Source: Tubiluchus corallicola (lineage: Eukaryota > Animalia > Priapulida). Taken from it: a DNA stretch of 64,000 bases. The stretch is taken from NCBI GenBank assembly GCA_030141605.1, contig JAQGDQ010000137.1, positions 434,001 to 498,000 of the forward strand, written 5' to 3'. Under the pieces are notes generated by a model. That model was not told the origin of the DNA, made no database searches, and saw only the letters and a program-made list of their open reading frames with translations. Positions 52,278 to 64,000 of the stretch are shown piece by piece. A program made the position numbers and the translations under genes. The first letter of the stretch is position 1, and each line of letters begins with the position of its first letter.

Positions 52278-53984
52278 GAACAAACATCAAGAATATGACA
52301 GTGTAGCAGTCGATTCATAAAAAAAAGTCCTATGGTGCTGTGGATATTCCAAAATCATGGCAGCAGCAGCAGCAGCAAAGCATCTTCCACATTGCAACAG
52401 GTTTGCCAAGCAATCTGTTAAGGTTATGTAAATATTATTGATTTTACGTTGTCATAGAATGCCAATATTGACCCTGTTACTGATATTGACTCTCTCCAAA
52501 CATAGAAAATTAATTGCAATCAAATTTCGTTTTTACAAAAGTGGTTATAATTTGTTAAATGTGACATTTTGCATAATTGAAAATGTTGTTTTGAAACAAT
52601 CATTTTCTCCAACTGTTCTCTGCATTAATTTGCCCTATTTTTTCTCGAATTTTTAGGACAGCGCCTGTTCACGAATCTGTATTTCTTTTTTTAGATCGCC
52701 TCTCTTGAAAATGGCCTAGCGTCGAACTTTTGTTTGAAATCGTCCCTCTAGCTGTAGATATTAGGTGCAATTTGAAATTAATATTCTTAACAACAGTTGT
52801 GGCAAAGTAGACTGTATTGTTCTTTAAATGACAAGAAAAGGCCCAGTTAAAGCAAGTCTCAGAAAATCGTCCCCCCAAAAATCGCAACGGCGTGTATAGT
52901 AAATTTGCGTATTGTAAAACACAAAAACACCACCTAGAAGAATTCGTACTTAAATGGTTCTTCTTCAAGACAGCCATAAAATGTAGCAGAACTTTTGAAA
53001 ACTGTGTCGTTACACAAATACATGCGTTTCAATTCGAATCGACCCTCTAAAATTTGGCATTACTGTATGAAATATTACGCCCCTAATGAGTGAACAGGAA
53101 ACTGAGAAATGGATAACGATTTCAAAAATAACTTTAGAAAAAAATTCCGTCCTTCAATTCACAAAATAATTTTTTAGAACCATTTATATGCTTAGTGAAG
53201 TAACTAGTGAAGTAACTAGCACTTCAGTGTATGTGGTCCCGTTTAGGTTTTATACAAGAGGAGTAACTAACAGTAATACTAAGTCGAGTCCAAAAAGAAA
53301 TTAGGAGATAGGAATTAAAAATTAGCATAAAAGGTGCTAATATTTAAGCAATGAAGTTACTTTTACTCAAAACATAATACAATATAGCACAAAACAATTT
53401 TTTTTGTTCAAATTCAATTGTCTATTTTTGTTTTTACTAGATGCATCCCAATCCGCTTGCATGTGTTAGTATCATGATGGGCGTGTATAGAAGGGGGGGG
53501 GCAAAAACATTTTTAATTTTGCAGCAACAATCTCTTTCAGTTCAGTGTTTCCTTCAACAGGTTTTCCTTAATAGTAACTAGAATCCGGGCCTGCTACAAC
53601 CATTCAACATTGCTAATAAGACCATAATCTCATTGCTAGTAAGACCATTAAGGCCTTAAATATTCAAATCTGAGCTTTCTACATGGGCTTCAATTTACGT
53701 TTTGGGACGTACAGACAACATGAAGCCTGTCACTGAAGTCACTCTGCTGCTTGAGAAGTTAGATCACAAGCTATGAAAAGGGAAGGCAAATGAAGGCAGG
53801 GTGGTCAAGCATATTACAAGGTAGATTCCGCCCTGTTGAGTGTGTAACGTACCAGACAAGAGCTCTGCCCTCAGACTCATCGCTAGCAGGGTGAGGGTTG
53901 AGGGTCAACATCTGATTTGGGTCAACAGCTGTGGTCAGGTTTTAGTGTATCCTGTAATGGTGAACTATGGGTAAAGCTTTAGTC

Positions 53985-54135
53985 ACTCTTTCACTCTTTT
54001 CCTCTCTCTCTCTCCCTTCTCTCTGTCATTCGCTCTCTTTTCTTTCATTTTCTCTCTCTCTCTCTCTCGCTCTCTCTCTCTCCCCTCTCTCCTCTCTCTC
54101 TCTCTCTCTCTCGCTCTCTCTCTCTCCCCTCTCTC
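53985..54135. repeat. Imperfect (CT)n microsatellite
   Basis: Directly visible. Confidence 0.9.
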
Positions 54136-57100
54136 AATTCGTTGACTATCAATGGGACATTCCAATACCCAGTCTTCAGGAATTTCTTTATAAATGTTAA
54201 ATCTCGTAACTTTACTAATTTATCAGGTTGAATTTTTACCATGGAACTATTAGGAGCTTTTTGCAGTAACTGTTTTGTCATAAGTGTCTGACTTGCAGAA
54301 TTTTGCAAAGTGATCATGATATTTCAGTGAAGGGGACTGTGATGACTAGGATGTAAGATGTAATTTAGCATAACTCAAAATTGATTTTATGAACATTTGC
54401 ATAAAAGTGAAACATTTGCGTCATCGTGTTGCTCACAACCCAAGGTTTTCTCGGTCACTGTATGGCTGATCTTAGGAAAAATTTGGAGAAAAATAGATTA
54501 ACTATTTGATATTTAATGCATTTATTGGAAACAAGTTTACTTTCCACTATCAAATATTACAGAGTCGGAGAATTGATTCTTTAGTCTGATATTCGTTATG
54601 AGTTTTAACAAAACAGACTTTTACTTCATTTTCAAGCTGCTGCCTGCTTCTAGTACAGTAATTAAGTAATTAGTGATAACTAGTAATAATTAGTGCCGAT
54701 AATTAATAGTATTACATTAGGTCATTATTACAAGGCATAATAAGGAAGGCCCATAGCTGCTAGATAAGGATGTAATTAGAAAAGTGGAGCTTCTTCAGCC
54801 ATGAGCGTGTTTTTCTAATTTAAGTAACATCTTTTTGGCACAAATTTCATGACAATTTCGCTAGATGGCTTAAGAAACCCCACCCTTAGTTATAATGTAC
54901 TAATATTAAAATTAACTAATTCATAGTTATTTAGGATTACACTCAAAATTTTACAAAATTAGCAATTCGCGCGAAGTTTGGTCAGGGGTGATACAAAAAT
55001 CTGCAGCTATATTTTGTAAAATTTTGACTATCTTAATTAAGATTCAATTTAGTTAGTTAATTAGTTTTAATTGAGAAATTGATTCGTAATTACTAACTCC
55101 CCTATATTAGCAGAATGGCAGTGATGGCAGCTTGAGTTGTGAAGTATTAGATGATTAAAAGCTTTTAAAGTAGCGCTCTTGTAATTTTATAAAATGCTTT
55201 TTGATTTTTATGATGATTTGTTTATTATGTTTGGATCTCTTATTAGACCTCTTATGGTTAGATGTCAAATTTTGACTCTTTTCAGAGGCTTTATGTTTAC
55301 TCAAATGGAGTTGACGACTTCGTCAAAATGAAGAAAAACAAAACACATTTTCCCGCTGGACATTTCTCAACTATTTTATTTTGCTAAAATTATCATTATT
55401 TTTCCATTAACGTGCTTGAAATTAAGTGAGCAACCAATTTTTTTTGCCCGCCATGGATGCCACTAAAAATTCAGAATTCAACTTTTCCGCTGTGCACACG
55501 CATGAGCTGCCGAATCTGTTTAGTTCGTCACAAACACAACTCAACTGAGAGGTACAACACCCGTTTTTGTGCAATGCTTTCCGAAATGCAGGCTCTAGTG
55601 TACGTCTAACTAGCGAATGGCGAAATGCAGTTAACAGTGAAGAACTAGTGGTGCGAACGTGAAATTGTGTCTGTATTAATAATTCTTTCACGTAAGTCAT
55701 TTTTGAAAAAGTAGTATGTAAAAACAAAATTTAATATTGCAGAGCTTTTCCTTATGGTTTGAGGTTTTGTACAAGAGAACGTAGGAATTACTGTAATTGT
55801 CAGTCATTTTTAATTCTGATTTATGTTCGGGAACTCCATTTTTTTAGCTAAAAATACCAATTTACTAACTAATGCTTTATAAGTGGGATTTAAATTTAAT
55901 CAATTTTTTATTGCAATCTGTCACGTTATTCTCCAAGTTGTTTCAATTCTTAGTTGTTGATTCTTATTGCTCAGTAACATTAAAATTTGACTGTGAGAGT
56001 TAACACACAACAAGAACTTTTTGCTGAAAGAAAAACACCACATAATCGTGAGGAGTGCTCCAGTGAAAGTTTGGTAAGCAGAGCAATTTTTCTGTTTTAC
56101 CTAGGAAAGCGAAGCATTTTTTCTGTTCTACCTATGATTTTGTATTGAATGCGAGAGCTAACTAAGAAAAACTGATATAATATAGTTTTTAAATACAGTT
56201 CGTCACTCTGGAAGCCAAGATCCAATGCTCAAATAACGGGGCCTGTCACTAATGTTGGGTGCTATATAATTTTTTGAAGTTTCACGAATGCAAAGTCATG
56301 ATTGATAAATTGGTTTGATTACTTAAAGTAAAAAAATGTTATTAAGAGTCATTCCATGAGAAATCAGCAAAATAGTGGAAGGTGACAAATCACCGATTTT
56401 GTTCATATTCACAGGGTTTGATGGTCCCCTCAGATGTACCCCACAGCCAAAATATTAGATTTCAGAAATGAGCCGTTTCTGAGAAAAGCCGCCATTTTGA
56501 TTTTTTTCGGATTTTGGCCATTTTGGCCATTTTGGCGTAAAAAACTGCCCATTATTTCTCACGTTATTACAGACAGTAAATGAGCGATCCAGCACTAGTT
56601 AATTGGTGATATATATAGTAGGGGTCTTACCCTACCGTACCATTATCGTTGCCATATTGAACCTCCTTTTCAGTTGTTGTCATCAGATTGCAAAAGATAC
56701 GTGTCTGCTGCTGCTGAATTTAGACGCCATTTTGAAATCCCCATAACTCCACTGGGGCGGGTATCGGTAGACTAATCAATATATTTTTATTTGCAGCTTG
56801 ACTAGTCCTACAAATGTATGAAATAAAATTTTGGCCAGCGATCTCCCAAGAGTCCAGAATTTTTAGCCAAAGTTGCTCTTTTTTGCCATTTTCACAACCT
56901 TGACCTATATTTAGCTATTCGCCTTTGGATGACGGTGTTGCCATTAGAATCGATACAAAGTGCAGCAAAGTCAATGTTTATAGTAGTAATGGACTGGCTT
57001 TAGATGTCTGGGCACTCCTAGCAACCAGGCCCCTCATCAGGGGGCCGCATTCCCTTCGAAGGGCCCCTGTGACGATTACAACATAGTGATTTTTATAATC

Positions 57101-59284
57101 TGTATAAAACACGGAATAGTTTCATGTACATAATAACAGTTTCGTGTCCAAGTGCTCGGGCTATATACCTATGGCCCGTGGATCAATACGGGGGCCTCGG
57201 GAGGCCCCCACTGTCTACAGCTGACATAGGTATTGGGTGTGGTGTCTGTCTAAAAGTGGGGCTTTTCGTTCTTGTATATGACAAAGTTTCTTGTTTATTT
57301 CAAGCAGCAAACCTTCTATCCAGCACCCTTGACGAAAATGAGAGGTTTTCGATCATCTATGAATCTTTTTTGCAATCCAGTTAACTATACTGCAAAACTC
57401 TTGACCAGATACTGACCATTCCCGATAAAATTATTTTACGTTGCTTTTTGGGATTGAAATATTTGGTGCGGTTTGCTTCATAAATCCAAGTATTTACATA
57501 TAGTTTAATTAAAAATTTAAATACTACACTTATTGAGAAGACTAAAGTAGAGCTGAAACCGTTTACTGATTTTATTGCAAAATTGGCAATAAAACTTACA
57601 ATTCAAATTTTTGTAACAGATTAGTTGTATTTCTTAAACTCTGTTCAGCTCAATGAAAGGGCGCAAAAAGTCCGTTGTAGATGCTAGGTAAAAGATGTCA
57701 ATTTTTAATTTTTCTTCAAAAGGTCAAGGTAAAAAATATTTTTGTATTGGGTCATATAATAATTATGAAAATCGGGACATGTACAACACCATCAATGTTG
57801 TGTTTCAAATTGTGTTACAGACTGTCAAAGTGGAGGGCAATGTTCAAACTGAAGACACGCCTGTTCTTCAAAAACGAATTGAATCGAATTTGATATTTTT
57901 TGTCATTTTTTACCTTTGTTAACTGTATATAACTAGTTAATGTATATATTTATTCAAACAACAATGACCTTATTACCAGTTAATCAAGTCAAGTATTTTG
58001 CCGAACAGATTACACTTTTTATACGATGAATGGTATCGAAAATTTTAATTTCATTTTAATTTTAATGCCTAGACAGAAAAAATGAATGTTAATTTGATCA
58101 AATGAAAACACTGAATGACCTGATACATTATTTACTAACAACTGCTGTAATTAAACGAACTTTGTATTCTGTTTGTAAAATATGCATAACTCTTACATTT
58201 TAATGTTTTAATTATAATTGCATTTGTCTGTCTTTCTGTTGTGCAGTACTTAATCATTAATCACGAAAATAATATAGTACTGTACAACCGTGCACAACCA
58301 GAATAATACAGGCTAATATGAGGCAGTAAAACCAATAGCAAGGTTAACGATAAGTTGAATGAAAAGTGATTGTATTCACAAATTTCGGTAAGTTTCAGAA
58401 ACTTCTCGACAAATAGAAATGAATTATGGAATTATACGTTTTCATTATTTAGTCAAATAAATTGAATTGAATACGCGATGTTCTGAAATGACATATGGAT
58501 TTACAAAAATTAGAAGAATCAATTTTTTAAAGTTTGTAGACAAAATTTAACAAGCCATAATGATTATTACATGTCTTATATTGTAACATCGCTACAGCTC
58601 ACAGTCATATTGGCTTTATTAATATTATAATAATTTGAAACATTGTTAAACAATAATTTTAATATTTTTTCATTTCTGGGGACACGGCTTTTTTATTAAA
58701 AAAAGAAGAAAGAATAAAGTTGTAAAAAATATAATAAAAAAATCCTTAAATGGCAAATCCAAATGGCTTAAAAAATGAAGTTCATAAAGATCTTCGAAGG
58801 GTTGTCACTGTCCGATGAAATACATGCAGGTTTTATGATTTCTTTAACCTGGAAATGCTAATTATAGACGAGTGATGTGTCAGCGATTGAGGACACTGTT
58901 TATAAGTCGACTGGAAGCGGATCAGAACTAAATAATTGTCTTCATCGCCACTCGGATGAGGGAGTGTGACATTGATGTTTGTCGATATGAAATGGAGGAG
59001 CCATTCAAGGAGTTGTTGAAGATCCTATATGACGTGGCATAGTTGATGAGAAATAGAGATGCTACATAGACAGAATAAAGCACAGTGCACCACCTTCGAC
59101 CAACTCACTGTGTGTGTGGACAGGCTGTGCGAGAATTGAATTCATTTTTTGAATTATTATGTTGTTCTTTTTCAAGTTAATTCATTACCAATACAATACC
59201 TGCTCTTATAACAGTACTCAGTAAACAATTTTAGCCTTTAGAATATTAATTTGTCATACCTGCCCTCATAAAGCTACTCAATTA

Positions 59285-59713
59285 CCGTATATACTCGCAT
59301 ATAAGCCGACCCCCTAAACTGCTTTAAAATGGCCAGTTTTTGCAAAAACCCGTATATAAGCCGACCATCAACTTGTCTAATTTTACTCCATACCCAATCA
59401 ACAAAATTGATCCCTTTTTGTCACATATATTTATACATTTTTAATATTTTTTATCTAATGAATACAAAAAGCAGACATTTATTGAAATGTGAATTTTTTC
59501 TAAAAAAAGTGGGTGGACGGCGATCCCCCTCCAATACACCACTGGTGACACACAACCAAATAAAGAGTCAGATAGCGATGAAAATGTGCCTGGAAAATTG
59601 GCATTAGTGTCTGTCCTTGTGTTCATTTTGTTTCATGCGCATATAAGCCGACCCCCTGATTTCAGTATTGTATTTTATAGTTCTAAATTCGGCTTATATG
59701 CGAGTATATACGG
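59285..59713. mobile_element. pogo/Tigger-like MITE
   Basis: Perfect 25-bp TIR CCGTATATACTCGCATATAAGCCGA with TA TSD; internal TATAAGCCGACC repeats. Confidence 0.92.
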
Positions 59714-60423
59714 TAAGTAACTTTGGCTGCTAGAATATTAATTTGACGCTATAAATGTGTTTATGTGAGTTTCTGTGTGTTACTGTATTGTTATTTATTG
59801 TTGTAACTGTATTTTGAATATGAACTTTAAGTTTGGAACTAACAATAAATCAATCAATCAAATGAGAAAACCTGTAGAGGTGAATTAATAAAATTGTTTT
59901 ATCAGTTTAATGTATGCTCAAGATTTCATTCCTAAAATAAAAAACTTCGTGAGTGAAAGTTTTTTGTGATGAAAAAAATTCCAATGCTGCACAAACCTGT
60001 AAATGTAAAATTTTAGGTCGTTTCACTCATATTGCTATGAAATTACTTTCCAGTTTCATGGGACTAAAGTTAAGTGCAAAAATAACTAATTTTTTATGCA
60101 ACCTGAATCCTTCAACGAAAACCTGGCACAGTAGTAAAACAAAAATCTTAGCAATGAAAAGCATAATTTCAGTTACACATATTTAGTGGTACAAAACTGC
60201 ATGTAAAATGCATGAATTTTGATATTGTATCTCAACAATGTAAGAACAGCGCTGAATTGAATAATGTGAACAAGTAAAATTATAAAACTGTCTAGCTTTG
60301 CAAGGTACATTCCTTGTACTCATACAACCTTAAATTCAAATCTATATTAATTGCATGTGTAATTTAATTTTTAAACTGGTTTGTTGTGAAATGCTAAAAA
60401 TTACTTCAGCAACTTTCCACAAA

Positions 60424-63400
60424 CTATGTATCAGGATTGAGTTGTCGTTCGCTCAGCTGAATTTTTTCACCTGGCTTGAAAGCTGGCATGCCCAAATATG
60501 GACAACTGGCGCAGCGAAATGCATCACCCAAATAGCACTGAAATAACCAAACAGATTAGTTACAATCATGCAGCTGTGCATTGTTTAAAAACCATTATAT
60601 TATAAGTAAACCAACCAATTAGAAAAAATTAATTTAATTCAGAATTACTTAATACCTACTTCTGGCTGAATAAAACTGAATAAAAATCACTTATGGTGTA
60701 ACACTACTGTAAACTCACTGATAAACCAATAATTAGTTGCTTTTTGTTACAAATTTAAACAATTGATTAACTATTGTTAAGTGCACCTGGTATTATTTGA
60801 TAATCTATAAGTGTTTGCAAAATAATCCCAATAGTTAATGAATAAGTAAAGCAAAAAAAATGCAAGACGAAAAGAAAATTTAAAGCTTATAAAATGAAAA
60901 TAATTTGTTACAAAATGAAAATGTGTAAGGAACCATGTAAGGAAACCATAATACTACTATGTAAGGAAAATGGATTCAAAGTTCTGGAATTTGTAAAGTA
61001 AATGAGCATATGGCACGATAAAAAAATCACTTTCCAAAGTACAGAGCAGGCAGACAGTTAGTCCTCGCTTAATGAAACCCTGCTTAGTGATGTTTCATTT
61101 TAACGACATTCATTTTCTGAAACCTTTTCTCACTCAACGTCACATTTTCCTGAAACACATTAGTGTCATTAAAAGAAAACCAGATGAATGTGTAAACATT
61201 CGTTCAGAATAAAGAATGTTCTAAAATATTGAAAACTACAAAAGCTTTTTTAAAATTAAAGCTTAGATTAAATAATAATTACCTTAGATACTCAAATTTC
61301 GTTAAACTTTCAAAGCTATGCGCAGCTCAGTGAATCTACTAAGATTGGCAGCGGTGCCTTTTTGTCACATTCGCGTGGCCGACAAATAGAAGGCGATACC
61401 GTGATAAGCATGATCATGAACTGCAGTGTTAGTTTCTGACGTAACATGATGTAAACCCCATTTTTCGTGACATCATGAGTTTAAACAGTACTGTAACACT
61501 TATGCAAATGTGCTTGAAACACAAAGGAAGAAACCAACCACATGCCATTGCACAAACTGTGGTTAGTTTCTGACATAAGCAATAACTGTGTTCGGTTGCC
61601 GTTAATTAACTTTCTAAGCTAATTATTCAACTATAATGAACAACAAGAAAATGTATATTTTGGACAGTAAATTAAAATGAGATTGAGTCTAAACAATCGT
61701 CCGGTCTTCCTTTAAGCGAGAAAGTATTGTATGTTTCAGAGTGACATTTTATATAAAACTATTTTACAGCCAATGACGTAAAAAGTAACAGCAAGTAGAT
61801 GAATCTCACGCTGTTTGGCTGTGAAATAGGATCGAGAAAAAAATAACTTCACTTACATTTCCACAAGCTGATGAAGCAGATTTAGGAGCAAATGAGCTCT
61901 TTTCTGTTTCTAATTCATCTGCTAGACCACAAGTGCAGTTTTTACATGCTTTCCTTTTTCCTGTTGTGGTGCCACAATTTGACACTGAAAAAGGTCAATG
62001 CATTTGACGTTACTTTATTTTAAAGAAACTTACTTTACTTTAAAATTTATTTACTGTGGGTTTTGTGCAAAAAAATATTTCCCATGCTGACTCTGACTAA
62101 GTAAACTTACGCTTTAAGTCAAATGGATCCGGTTTCTTTAGATCTTCCTCGTTTAACAGTGTGTCGACGTCAATAAGATCTACTTCGTCATCTATTATAT
62201 CATCCGCTGCCAAAGACCACACTTTTGCTGCATCCGATGATATCGCACCTAAGCAGAAAAACGTTTATTTTTTCTTGCACCTTTATTGTACATGTTTGGC
62301 AAAATATATTAAGAAATCTGGATCCAATCTTAAACTATAACTCAAAGTGATTCTAGCCTGTAAAATATTGAAAGGAACATACTATTTTTTCAATAACATT
62401 TCAGTATACACGAAATTATTACCACTGAAATGTAATTTTGCATTCGCACAGCAAGTTTTTCACTGTTACATGCATTTAGCCATTTGCTAGTTAGACGGCA
62501 CTAGCATTTTGGAAATCCATTGTACAAAAAAACACGTGCTGTACCTCTCAGTTCACAGGTGTTCGGTTGCGACGTGGTACACACGTCCGAGAACACGTGT
62601 GAGCACAACAGGAAACTTGAAATTTGAATTTTAAACTTAAAAATTTGCTGAACTTTTGTACACCAGACTAAATGTTGTGCCGTAGCAATGTACTTCAATT
62701 TCCACTTTTGCAAATACGTGCAACATGCTCATGGAATGTTTGTGCTGTTGAAAAATATTTTAAGTTGTGATGTCATCACTGAACAGTTTTCATAACAAAT
62801 CATGCCATGCTATGCTGGTGTTCTTCTTACAATTGCTATATTGATTCGATTATAATGGAAAAATTTCGAATAGTTTATTTTTACACTAAAATTTAGTGAA
62901 AAATTATTAGAATAATCAAATATGCGACCCTGGATATTTTCCCTCCATTCTAACAGTAGCACACACCCGGAAATAATTAAACAAAAAACTCAGAGCAGCA
63001 ATTATTGCACCACTGTGAATCTTAATTGTCGAATTGGAAAGATAAATTTCATCAACTCTCATCTGACTTGAACTTTATTAATTGTTGAGCCACGATGCCC
63101 TGCTGAGTTTGAAAAGATAAAATTATGTCCAGCCACACTCTTGTCCAACAGAACTCTATTAAGTGTTAACAACTGCACTATGATATTTATAAACTTGAAA
63201 ATGAGTAGTACACGTAAATGATTTAACATAGAGCATGTTGATTTTTGATAACTTAATTTGTTTTTGCATAAAAAACATTCTATGGCGTCTGAAAGAAATT
63301 TTTAAAAATGTTTCTATACCAAGCTCTCTTTGATGCCATAAGAACAAAGAAGTATGTGTAGTATACCCAACTTCCTAATGAATTACTCAGAGCACTGATG

Positions 63401-63839
63401 CTGACTGATGATATGATTTTTTCTCTGCCACACATATAACAGCACTAAGACAGTGGACTGTTTTATCAGGACAATAATTTAAGCATATGACTTATGTATG
63501 CATAGGATAATCGCATAGTACTTTATTATTCGAATACAGTAGTAAAAACATTCAAATATTCTAATAATTGATTATTCATGCACATTCCCATATGAATCAC
63601 AATGAATATTACGTGAAGAAGTATAAAAAAAACACACTGTGCAGTCAATGCAAATGAGACTGAAGATTAAATGATGTATTACTAGAATTGTCAAGTTTCC
63701 GCTGCATCAAAAGGGACAATGGCACATTAGCTCCGACTTCGTAGTCCGGCTTCTGTCCACTAACTTCGACAATGACATTATTGTGTAATTCAGTCTTCAT
63801 TAATCGTTGCTCTTCGGGTGAAAGTGGGATTTCTTTAGG
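60424..63839 (-). CDS. CIAPIN1: Anamorsin / Dre2 homolog (cytosolic Fe-S assembly), 3' exons only
   Basis: Exons 63839-63683 (KPDYEVGA), 62248-62111 ([25 protein letters not shown]), 61984-61857 ([23 protein letters not shown]), 60537-60424 ([28 protein letters not shown]). The 5' exons lie beyond the window. Confidence 0.95.
62325..62782 (+). repeat. Dispersed repeat, copy 2 (in a CIAPIN1 intron)
   Basis: Collinear similarity to 41615-42035. Confidence 0.8.
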
Positions 63840-64000
63840 CTGGAAGAATGAGTGTTATTAATATTTCACAATGATAAGTAAGTCAAAATTGAGGGTTTAA
63901 AGGTCAAATTTAATGTAAAAACAAGTTTTCTTTAATTAAAAGAGCTAACCGTAACCTAAAATTTGATGTTACATTTATTAAAGTTGTGCTAACCGTAACC

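Noticed and set aside
51490-52320. PolyQ/polyS coding exon disrupted by the hAT insertion
   Set aside because: The reconstructed empty site gives only a short low-complexity ORF without convincing splice context.
56341-56900. DNA transposon left end (TTAA-GAGTCATTCCATGAG...)
   Set aside because: It looks transposon-like, but I found no matching right TIR, so boundaries and family cannot be supported.
57020-57070. Minus-strand CTGATGA as another hammerhead
   Set aside because: No stem II-GAAA follows; more likely a GC-rich transposon subterminal motif.

Overview
AT-rich, intron-rich eukaryotic (metazoan, probably arthropod; inference) genomic DNA. Five genes can be assembled by hand. (1) GEN1 Holliday-junction resolvase, minus strand, 12 coding exons plus one extra exon, with one GC-AG intron. 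(2) Intronless CHORDC1/morgana (minus) with a perfect heat-shock element upstream. (3) Divergent Mpv17/PMP22-family gene (MPV17L2-like, plus). (4) Secreted two-domain Kazal protease inhibitor (plus), largely missed by the ORF track. (5) 3' part of anamorsin/CIAPIN1 (minus), running off the window end. The rest is TE debris (hAT elements with exact 8-bp TSDs, pogo/Tigger, PIF/Harbinger and foldback MITEs, a Helentron-type element, LINE fragments, tRNA-derived SINE-like heads) and microsatellites. Most notable: a GEN1 exon encoding a textbook CRL4-Cdt2 PIP degron (QRKMTDFFTIRK) that may be an alternative terminal exon, and an inverted pair of minimal hammerhead-ribozyme motifs. All exon models are manual readings without transcript evidence.
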